The notes below the pieces were generated by a model. It saw only the letters and a list, made by a program, of their open reading frames with translations. It was not told the origin of the DNA and searched no databases. From an uncultured Pseudomonadales bacterium (lineage in GTDB: Bacteria; Patescibacteriota; Microgenomatia; UBA1400; PJMF01): DNA of 64,000 nt. Numbering within the stretch: the stretch's first letter is position 1; each line of letters begins with the position of its first letter. A program made the position numbers and the translations under genes. The stretch covers positions 62,936-126,935 of the forward strand of contig CAZBEW010000001.1 of assembly GCA_964491115.1 (NCBI GenBank), in the 5' to 3' direction. Below are positions 56,648 to 64,000 of the stretch, piece after piece.

Positions 56648-58498
56648 TTAAGCCCGAGCTTGAGCTTTTTTATTTCGCTCTAACTTGCTTAAATAACGTT
56701 TGCGAAGACGAAGATTTTTTGGTGTGACTTCAAGCAATTCATCATTTTCAATAAAATCTAAACATTGCTCTAAACTTAAATCAACTTTTGCATTAAGCAC
56801 TGTCAGAACATCTGCATTTGATCGAAAATTAGTTAATTTTTTACTTTTACAAACATTCACTTCTAAATCGCCTTTTTGTTTGCACAAACCGACAATTTGC
56901 CCCTCATAAACTTCCTCGCCAGGGATAACAAAAGTTTTACCGCGCTGTTGGACGCTTTCCAAAGCATAAGCAGTAACCATCCCGCCTTCAGTAGCAATTA
57001 AAGCCCCATTTCTTAATTTTAATCTGCTGGCCTGCAAAGGAGCATAATGTAAAAAAGAACTGGTAAATAAGCCATTACCCTTGGTTTTTGTTAATATTTC
57101 ACTGCGAAAACCCAAGAGATTGCGACTGCTAATATGATAAAGCATGTGACTTACGCCTCGGCTATTGCTTGAACTACTTTGTAGCTGAGCATAACGTTTA
57201 CCTAATTCTTCAGTAATGACTCCCACATAAGCTTGTTCAATTTCGATAATTAATTCTTCGATTGGTTCTTGTTGTACACCATCAATTTCTTTAAAAATAA
57301 CCTGAGGTCGAGCAATTTCCATTTCGTAGCCTTCGCGGCGCATCGTTTCAATTAAGACAGCCAAATGTAATTCCCCTCGTCCCGCAACTATGAAAACTCC
57401 GCCTTCTTTTTGTTGAATATCTAAACCTAAATTGGTTTTTTGCTCACGTTTGAGGCGCTCTGCCAATTGACGAACAGTACAAAATTCGCTTTCTCTACCA
57501 ACAAATGGTGAGGTACTGGCAGTAATCGCAATTTTTAAAGTCGGCTCAGTAATTTTGATCATAGGAAAACCCTCTGTTTCCCCCAATGCAGCCAAAGTTT
57601 GACCAATAGCAATTTTTTCCACTCCTGTAATAGCGATGATGTCTCCCGCTGGTGACTCTTGAATTTCTTTTTTTTCTAAACCAATACTTTCGAATAACTG
57701 ACTGACAGATATTTCTCCCACCTTTTCTTGTTCTTGCAAAATGACCAAGCGCTGACCTTTTTTAACTACTCCTTGAGTGACTTTACCAATAGCATAAATA
57801 CCTTTATATGGGTCAAAATCTAAAGTCGACACCTGCATTTTAAAAGCTGCTTGAGTGTCGCACTGAGGAGCAGGGACAGTGCGAATAATTTCTTCAAATA
57901 AGACTTGTAAATTACCTGCTGCTTGAGGCAAAGTTTCTAATTGGCTTTTTTCTGGCAACGCTGACCAAATTTTTCCTAATCGACCCACCGCATATAAGAC
58001 TGGAAAATCTAATTGGCTGCTGTCGCTGGCTAAGTTCAAAAATAATTCTTCAACTTGCTGTAAGACTCTTTCTGGCTCAGCATCATGGCGATCAATTTTG
58101 TTAATTAAAACAATAATCGGCAACTGTTGTTTAATGGCTTGTTGCAGCACAAACTTAGTTTGGGGCAAAGGGCCTTCGGCAGCATCCACTAATAAAATGG
58201 CACCATCTGCCATGCTGATTACTCGCTCAACTTCTCCAGCAAAATCGGCATGTCCTGGAGTATCAATAATATTAATTTTATATTCTTCTCCAGCTAAACT
58301 TTGATAAAATACTGAGGTATTTTTCGCTAAAATGGTGATGCCCTTTTCTCGTTCTAAATCATTGCTATCTAAAATGGTTTCTTGTCCCATTTCAGCCTGA
58401 TTAGCTCGAAAAGCATGAGTTTGCTTCAACATCCCATCAATCAGGGTGGTTTTACCATGATCAACATGAGCGATAATAGCTATATTACGAATTTGCAT
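56648..58498 (-). CDS. typA: translational GTPase TypA/BipA
   Basis: IAHVDHGKTT, ILDSNDLEREKGITILAKNT, GRGELHL..LIETMRREGYE, DELLEVTP. Confidence 0.97.
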   Translation of the reverse strand: MQIRNIAIIAHVDHGKTTLIDGMLKQTHAFRANQAEMGQETILDSNDLEREKGITILAKNTSVFYQSLAGEEYKINIIDTPGHADFAGEVERVISMADGAILLVDAAEGPLPQTKFVLQQAIKQQLPIIVLINKIDRHDAEPERVLQQVEELFLNLASDSSQLDFPVLYAVGRLGKIWSALPEKSQLETLPQAAGNLQVLFEEIIRTVPAPQCDTQAAFKMQVSTLDFDPYKGIYAIGKVTQGVVKKGQRLVILQEQEKVGEISVSQLFESIGLEKKEIQESPAGDIIAITGVEKIAIGQTLAALGETEGFPMIKITEPTLKIAITASTSPFVGRESEFCTVRQLAERLKREQKTNLGLDIQQKEGGVFIVAGRGELHLAVLIETMRREGYEMEIARPQVIFKEIDGVQQEPIEELIIEIEQAYVGVITEELGKRYAQLQSSSSNSRGVSHMLYHISSRNLLGFRSEILTKTKGNGLFTSSFLHYAPLQASRLKLRNGALIATEGGMVTAYALESVQQRGKTFVIPGEEVYEGQIVGLCKQKGDLEVNVCKSKKLTNFRSNADVLTVLNAKVDLSLEQCLDFIENDELLEVTPKNLRLRKRYLSKLERNKKAQARA

Positions 58499-58554
58499 AA
58501 TTTCTTAAAAACAAAAGCTAGATTATACTCTTTTCAACAAAAAAAAACAGACAA

Positions 58555-59193
58555 TTAAGATAATAGATCTAAAATTTCACCTGGCTGATTAAGCAAAAAA
58601 TTAGGCTGAGCACCAGCTAATAATTCTTCATTAGCAAAACCCCAAGTAACCGCTGCCACTGCTACACCAGCTCTTTGACAAGCTTCAACATCTCTAACTT
58701 GATCACCAAAATATAAAACTTCTTGGCGTGGAATTTTATGTTTTTTCATCAAGGCTGTCAGCGCTCGATCTTTAGCAAATATTTCTTTTTCACAGCGCCA
58801 AAAAGTAAAAAGACTATCTATGGGTAAATTTTGCTGATTAAAAAAATTTTCAATAGTGCTCAATTGATTCGAACTTAAAATGCCTAAAACATGATCTTTT
58901 TTTAATTCTAATAAAATCTTTTTAATCTTGGGATAAAAATTCGCCTGACTAATTAGAGAAGCTGTTTCTTGATTTAGAGCTTGAGCAATTTTTAATAATT
59001 TAACAGGACCAATCTTATATTCTGTAATCAGATCTTTAATCTTGCTTGATTTAATTTTTACTAATTCTGCTTGAGTAAATTTTGGCAAATCAAAGCGACG
59101 GTAAATTCGCTTGTAAGCCTCAAGATGAATAAACTCCGTATCGGCTAAAGTACCATCAAAATCAAAAATTAAATATTTAAAATTATTAGACAT
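58555..59193 (-). CDS. HAD-family phosphatase (Gph-like)
   Basis: FDFDGTLADT, LSSN, YFGDQVRD, VTWGF. Confidence 0.92.
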   Translation of the reverse strand: MSNNFKYLIFDFDGTLADTEFIHLEAYKRIYRRFDLPKFTQAELVKIKSSKIKDLITEYKIGPVKLLKIAQALNQETASLISQANFYPKIKKILLELKKDHVLGILSSNQLSTIENFFNQQNLPIDSLFTFWRCEKEIFAKDRALTALMKKHKIPRQEVLYFGDQVRDVEACQRAGVAVAAVTWGFANEELLAGAQPNFLLNQPGEILDLLS

Positions 59194-59195
59194 AG

Positions 59196-59948
59196 TTAGC
59201 TAGTTAATTGGACGGTCTTTTTTAAGGCCGAAATTTCATCATCACTTAATTTTCTCACCGTGCCCACTTGTAAATTACCTAGTTCTAAATTGGCTAAGCG
59301 CGTTCTGGTTAAACGGGTCACTTCCCAGCCCACTTTGGCAGATAAACGACGCACCTCATGTTTTCGCCCCTCATGAAGAATAAATTTTAGGAGCAAGTCG
59401 CGGCCTTTTTTCTCAACTAATTCAATGTGTTCAGCCCGAGCGCGCTTGCCAGCAAGCAAGACGCCTCTTTCTAAACGACTAATTTTATCTTGACTAAAAA
59501 TTCCCTGAGCCTCAACAAGATATTCTTTTTCCACCTGATATTTGGGGTGCGTGAGACGATAAGCCAAGTCACCATCATTAGTCATTAACAATAAACCCTC
59601 TGAATCATAATCAAGACGGCCAACTGGATATAAACGAGCCTGACTTTTATTTTTTAAAAAAAACATAACCGTTTTACGATTAAGCTCATCACTAACTGTT
59701 GACACTACCGCTCGCGGTTTATTTAACAACCAATATTCAAATTTTTCACCACTGGCCACAGTTTGAATTAAAGCATCGTCAATGATTTTACCTTTAACTT
59801 TTAGTTGGTCATGACTTAAATCAATTTTTTCGCCTAATTTAGCTTGACGACCATTGACTTTTACCTGACCAGCTTGAATTAAAGTATCAGCCTCTCTCCG
59901 AGAAGCTAAGCCCAAATCAGCCAAGATTTTATTAATACGACCTTTCAT
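59196..59948 (-). CDS. rluB: rRNA pseudouridine synthase (RluB/RsuA family)
   Basis: S4 domain SRREAD..I..G.V.VNG; LYPVGRLDYDSEGLLLMTNDG. Confidence 0.9.
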   Translation of the reverse strand: MKGRINKILADLGLASRREADTLIQAGQVKVNGRQAKLGEKIDLSHDQLKVKGKIIDDALIQTVASGEKFEYWLLNKPRAVVSTVSDELNRKTVMFFLKNKSQARLYPVGRLDYDSEGLLLMTNDGDLAYRLTHPKYQVEKEYLVEAQGIFSQDKISRLERGVLLAGKRARAEHIELVEKKGRDLLLKFILHEGRKHEVRRLSAKVGWEVTRLTRTRLANLELGNLQVGTVRKLSDDEISALKKTVQLTS

Positions 59949-60015
59949 AGAATATGCTTAATTATATACGCTAATCTTGAAAGATTGAAATTAATTTTGT
60001 CGCTTGTAAGAACTT

Positions 60016-60069
60016 AAATTAAGTGCGAGAGAGAGCGAATTAAACGTACGAGAGAGGAAATTAAGCGCA
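60016..60069. repeat. degenerate ~21-bp intergenic repeat (2.5 units)
   Basis: aaattaagtgcgagagagagcg aattaaacgtacgagagagg aaattaagcgca. Confidence 0.5.
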
Positions 60070-60077
60070 AACATTTA

Positions 60078-61271
60078 TTAATTACCGATAATAATTAATT
60101 CCTCTTCGGCGCGGGTCACGGCCGTATATAGCCACCGGCGCCAATCTTCATCGCTCATTTGTTTAAAGCGTTCTTCAAAAACGATGACCCGCGCCGCCTG
60201 ACTTCCTTGAGCTTTATGGACGGTGAGGGCATAAGCAAAATCAAATAAATCAGCTTTTTTTAAGAGTTGTCGATCGGGACTGTTATAACTTATGGTGCTG
60301 GCACTATTAAATTGTTTGGCTAAGGCTAAGCCTTCATAAACTCGATCTTGGTCGTCAAAATTTACTACAATATCATAAAAATGTTGATCAATCCGCCTAA
60401 TTCTCTCAATTGTGCCCAACATGCCATTATAAATTTGTTTTTGATGATTATTGCGTAAACAAATGACGCGGTCAGCAACTTGTGGTTCTGCTGTTTCAAA
60501 GCCTTTGAGAGTGCGTAAATATTGATTGAGTCGTAAGCGAGTGTTGTTATATCCGCAAACTATGAGGGTGTCCTCGTCAGCCATTTGCAAATAATTTTCA
60601 ATTTGATCAGCGGTATCTGGATCACTTTTTAGGAGTTTCTTAACTTTTTTGCCATAACTGGCTACGGGGATTTGGCCCTGCGTCCGTGCCAAAATTGAAA
60701 TATCAATAATAGGATTGCTTATTTCTTGACGATGAATGCTTTCTAAGCGCAACATCGGTTTTTTCATTAAATTGAAGTAACCATGAATTGGTGGTAATTG
60801 CCCGTGATCACCAACTGCCAAAATCGGGATATGGTAAGAAAGCAGATCAAGCCAAATGTCTTGATCGAGCATCGAGGCTTCATCAATAATGATTAAATCA
60901 GTTTTTAAACGCTCTTTCTTGCGCCAGGCAACAATTTGTTGTTGTTCGTTCTCTACTACACTATAAATGAGTGAGTGAATGGTACTCACTGAATCTTGTG
61001 AATAAAGCATGTTAAATTCAGCCAAATAATTTTGTAAAACTTGAGTGGCTTTCCCAGTAAAAGCGGCAAAGGCCACTTTTAATTTAGGGTTCTTTTTGTG
61101 CAACAATTGGCGTAAGACTGCTAATAAAGTGGTTTTGCCAGTTCCAGCATAACCGCCAATGGTTAAATATGGCTGTTTTTGGCTTTGAAATTCTAACCAG
61201 TGTAAAATTTGTTTTAAAACAATTTTTTTATCAGCTGATAAAAGCAGTGTTCTTTCTTCTTTTTTTGTCAT
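60078..61271 (-). CDS. RecD/Dda-like SF1B DNA helicase
   Basis: GYAGTGKTT, STIHSLIY, IIDEASM, GDHGQLPP, YALTVHKAQGS, LYTAVTRA. Confidence 0.92.
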   Translation of the reverse strand: MTKKEERTLLLSADKKIVLKQILHWLEFQSQKQPYLTIGGYAGTGKTTLLAVLRQLLHKKNPKLKVAFAAFTGKATQVLQNYLAEFNMLYSQDSVSTIHSLIYSVVENEQQQIVAWRKKERLKTDLIIIDEASMLDQDIWLDLLSYHIPILAVGDHGQLPPIHGYFNLMKKPMLRLESIHRQEISNPIIDISILARTQGQIPVASYGKKVKKLLKSDPDTADQIENYLQMADEDTLIVCGYNNTRLRLNQYLRTLKGFETAEPQVADRVICLRNNHQKQIYNGMLGTIERIRRIDQHFYDIVVNFDDQDRVYEGLALAKQFNSASTISYNSPDRQLLKKADLFDFAYALTVHKAQGSQAARVIVFEERFKQMSDEDWRRWLYTAVTRAEEELIIIGN

Positions 61272-61300
61272 TATATTTAGCTCAGCCTAGCAAGAAATAA

Positions 61301-62485
61301 TCAAAGAATCAACATCGCATCACCAAAACTAAAAAAGCGGTAGTCATTATTGATGGCGTGTTGATAGGCTTGGCCGATAGGCGAGCTTAAAAAGTTTTTA
61401 AAAACAAAGGGGGAATTGGGCTGAGTGCTAAAAGCCGTCACCAGCATGAGCAAGCTTGATTCTGGTAAATGAAAGTTAGTAATTAAAGCATCAACTGCTT
61501 GAAATTGATAAGGAGGCTTAATAAAAATGCTCGTGCTTTGCTGGCCAGTTTTAAACAAGAAATCATTTTTTTTATTTTTTTGAGAATTTTTTGGCAGTTC
61601 TGATTTATTTTTTTCAATTATTTTTGAATTAATAAAAGCACTTTCTAAAGCTCGCAAGCTAGTGGTGCCAACCGCAATTAAGCGTTTACCGACCGCTTTG
61701 GCTTGGCTTAATCTATCAGCCACATCTTCTTGAATCTGATAATGTTCTTCATGAAGCCTTTGGTTCTGCCAATTCTCTTGAGTTAATTTGGCAAAAGTAC
61801 CTAAACCGACTGCTAAATCAATTTTTTCAATTTGCACTCCTTGATCGGATATTTTTTTCAATAATTCATCGGTAAAATGTAAGCCAGCAGTGGGAGCCGC
61901 TGCTGAACCAATGTTTTTGGCATAGGTAGTTTGATATTCACTGCGACGCAAATCTTCACTTTGCTGATTTTTAATGTATGGCGGAAGAGGAGTATAACCA
62001 GTTTTTTCAATGGCTTGCCACAATTTATCATCTGAATAGTTAAATTCAACTTCAACTAATGCACTAGCCTCTTGATTTTTTAAGACTCGAGCTTGTAAAA
62101 AATCCGCTAAATCATAATCTTCATCTAAAAGTAAATTTCTGGGTGGAAAATACAAGCGCTGATTAATTTTTAATGCTGGTTTGCTAATAGCTTGCCAAGC
62201 ATTAGCCGCTGTTTTTTTTAAAAGCAACAACTCCACTTTGCCACCGGTATCTTTTTTGCCTAAAAGTCGAGCGGGAAAAACTTTAGTTTCATTTAATACT
62301 AAAACGTCGTTGGCATTTAATAATTCACTTAATTCAAAAAAATGGCGATCACTAAATTTTCCCGTTTGGCGATTAAAAACTAATAGTCGTGATTGCTCAC
62401 GTTTGGCTAGCGGTTGATGAGCAATTTTTTCTTTAGTCAGGGGATAGTGAAAATTACTCAACACTTGATTAAAATCAGCAGTCAT
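61301..62485 (-). CDS. queA: S-adenosylmethionine:tRNA ribosyltransferase-isomerase
   Basis: LVLNETKVFPARL, PLPPYI, GSAAAPTAGLHF, AVGTTS.RALE, TNFHLP.S, YRFFSFGDAM. Confidence 0.96.
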   Translation of the reverse strand: MTADFNQVLSNFHYPLTKEKIAHQPLAKREQSRLLVFNRQTGKFSDRHFFELSELLNANDVLVLNETKVFPARLLGKKDTGGKVELLLLKKTAANAWQAISKPALKINQRLYFPPRNLLLDEDYDLADFLQARVLKNQEASALVEVEFNYSDDKLWQAIEKTGYTPLPPYIKNQQSEDLRRSEYQTTYAKNIGSAAAPTAGLHFTDELLKKISDQGVQIEKIDLAVGLGTFAKLTQENWQNQRLHEEHYQIQEDVADRLSQAKAVGKRLIAVGTTSLRALESAFINSKIIEKNKSELPKNSQKNKKNDFLFKTGQQSTSIFIKPPYQFQAVDALITNFHLPESSLLMLVTAFSTQPNSPFVFKNFLSSPIGQAYQHAINNDYRFFSFGDAMLIL

Positions 62486-62523
62486 AAGGGTAGTTTAACA
62501 GATTCGAGCAGTATCTTGCTGGT

Positions 62524-63234
62524 CTATTTTTTTGCGTATTGAGGATAGTTGTTTCTCAAAAATTCTTCTCTCTCCTCCCCTTTTAAATTGGGTAAAAATG
62601 GACGCAAATCATTTAAAGCTGCTGAATCTTTGTGTAAAGCATTAATAAGCTTGTTTAAATATTGTTGTAAATCTTCGGCATATTGAATATTTTCTAAATA
62701 AAAATATTTTTTGTTAACTCGCGTAACATCGTCTGTTGCCACTCCAGAACTGCTGGCACTAGATCGGGCAGTAATGGTGCCAATATTTAAATATGAACTA
62801 AGAAAACCTTTGTTGTGATAGCTAGTATCAACAATCATTTCTAGGGGCAAGCTCATGTTGTAACGATTAACTGGGCTTGTGTAAATAAATTTAATTAAAC
62901 GCTTATTAGTGACAATAGCCACTGATTTTTTCCACAAGGTAAACACCCACCACATGCCCAACAAAATAAATACAAAAAACAGCAATAATCCAAGCGCTAA
63001 GATGCTGGATAAAAGTTGACTATCAAAAATTTGACCAAAGCTTTTATTTAACATAACACTAGCAACAATAATCGTTACAGCAATTAACAAGATAAAGAGG
63101 AGTTTATAGACTAAAAATATCACATGCTCTCTTGTGACATAGAGGATTTTTTCATCACTGCCTTGACCAGGAAATCTTAATTTATTATAAGGAAATTGAT
63201 TATTTTGCAAAGTAAAAAAAGAATTTTTTGACAT
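62524..63234 (-). CDS. membrane protein with bacterial PH-like domain
   Basis: Q..DEKIL.V.R.H, two TM, IVTNKRLI, LNIGTI. Confidence 0.7.
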   Translation of the reverse strand: MSKNSFFTLQNNQFPYNKLRFPGQGSDEKILYVTREHVIFLVYKLLFILLIAVTIIVASVMLNKSFGQIFDSQLLSSILALGLLLFFVFILLGMWWVFTLWKKSVAIVTNKRLIKFIYTSPVNRYNMSLPLEMIVDTSYHNKGFLSSYLNIGTITARSSASSSGVATDDVTRVNKKYFYLENIQYAEDLQQYLNKLINALHKDSAALNDLRPFLPNLKGEEREEFLRNNYPQYAKK

Positions 63235-63274
63235 GTGTTTATTATATCATTTAAGATATACTAAGCTCACTCAA

Positions 63275-64000
63275 ATGTTGCAAAAACTAAAACAAAAATT
63301 ATTAAATGCATATCGGGGATTAAGTAAAAAACAAAAGAGATTATTTTTCGCTTTTTTGTTTTTATTAGTCATTAGCATCGGGGTGACAGCAACTATTACT
63401 TTTCATCGATTACAAAAAGAGGAAAAAGCTGATGCTGCTCAGGAAAATCAACAAATACCTCAATTGAATGATGATCTCAGTCAGATTGCTAGTGACGATC
63501 AAAAAGAGCTAAATGTTTTATTAATTGGCTATGGAGGTGCTGGTCATCAAGGAGGCATGTTGGCCGACCTCATTCAAATTGCTCATATAGATTTTGAAAA
63601 TAAAATCATTGCCTTTATCTCCATACCCAGAGATTTAGAATTAAAATTAAACGATGGTAGTTATCGTAAAATTAATACGGTGTTTAGCTCACACATGAGC
63701 GGCCCAGAACCGATAGTCAATGCCGGCCAAGTCAGCAAAAACTTATTGTCTTCGGTCACCAATTTAAATATCAAGTATTTTATTGCCATAGATTTTGTAG
63801 GTTTTCAACGCCTGGTTGGTCAGGAACTAGGCAGTATAGAAGTTGAGGTTAAAGAAGACTTTGCTGATCAATGGTATCCGGTTGAAGGTAGACAGCTCGA
63901 TCCCTGTGGGCATAGTAATGAAGAAATCGCCCATTTAACAGAAACTTTAAGTGGTTTTGAATTGGAAAAACAATTTGCTTGCAGATATGAAAAAATTTAT
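63275..64000 (+). CDS. LCP (LytR-CpsA-Psr) family protein, 5' part
   Basis: Not in ORF track (no stop in window). TM then NVLLIGYGGAGHQGGMLAD...ISIPRDL...KIN...IDFVGF. Confidence 0.9.
   Translation, partial: MLQKLKQKLLNAYRGLSKKQKRLFFAFLFLLVISIGVTATITFHRLQKEEKADAAQENQQIPQLNDDLSQIASDDQKELNVLLIGYGGAGHQGGMLADLIQIAHIDFENKIIAFISIPRDLELKLNDGSYRKINTVFSSHMSGPEPIVNAGQVSKNLLSSVTNLNIKYFIAIDFVGFQRLVGQELGSIEVEVKEDFADQWYPVEGRQLDPCGHSNEEIAHLTETLSGFELEKQFACRYEKIY

Noticed and set aside
60078-61271. Dda-like helicase as a prophage or defence marker
   Set aside because: Flanked by queA and rluB, with no phage or nuclease partner genes
3707-62417. Numerous 60-90 aa ORFs nested in or antisense to long genes (e.g. 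3707, 6042, 9972, 13358, 15885, 16275, 17365, 21598, 28609, 30384, 36095, 42543, 42752, 47093, 51066, 56700, 58098, 62181)
   Set aside because: Shadow frames of well-supported genes; no motifs or start signals

Overview
AT-rich bacterial chromosomal segment using the standard code (TGA is a stop). Gene content and the scarcity of Shine-Dalgarno sites point to a Patescibacteria/CPR organism, probably Microgenomates-like (inference). Most of the window is housekeeping (dnaX, dnaG, gltX, aspS, metG, ybeY, typA, rarA, rluB, queA, queH, trxAB, fbaB, rdgB, MacAB-type ABC exporter), four tRNA genes (Glu-CTC, Ser-GGA, Ser-CGA, Arg-GCG) and many surface-glycan genes (GT2, GT4, three GT-C enzymes, WecA-like, UbiA/DPPR-synthase-like, GalU, LCP). 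No CRISPR array, rRNA, transposase or integrase is visible. Two accessory regions stand out. (1) 42.4-49 kb: a sortase, a TPDTG-anchored protein and a GC-rich orphan lipoprotein share a 14-22 bp promoter motif. The lipoprotein has a ~360-nt highly structured leader with a uORF, and the block is back-to-back with a VTC polyphosphate polymerase / CotH kinase / DUF4956 operon. (2) 2.3-3.1 kb, next to tRNA-Glu: a 59-aa ORF missed by the ORF track has its own promoter, SD and terminator, 5' and 3' UTRs that pair with each other, and a convergent immunity-like gene. Other signals: an A10 candidate slippage site in dnaX, a His-less CsoR/CstR-type repressor with its operator heading trxA-trxB, a metallothionein-like 14-Cys arm on a peroxiredoxin, pervasive near-leaderless promoters and recurrent short tandem-repeat expansions. 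All family calls come from motif recognition by eye; no database searches were run.
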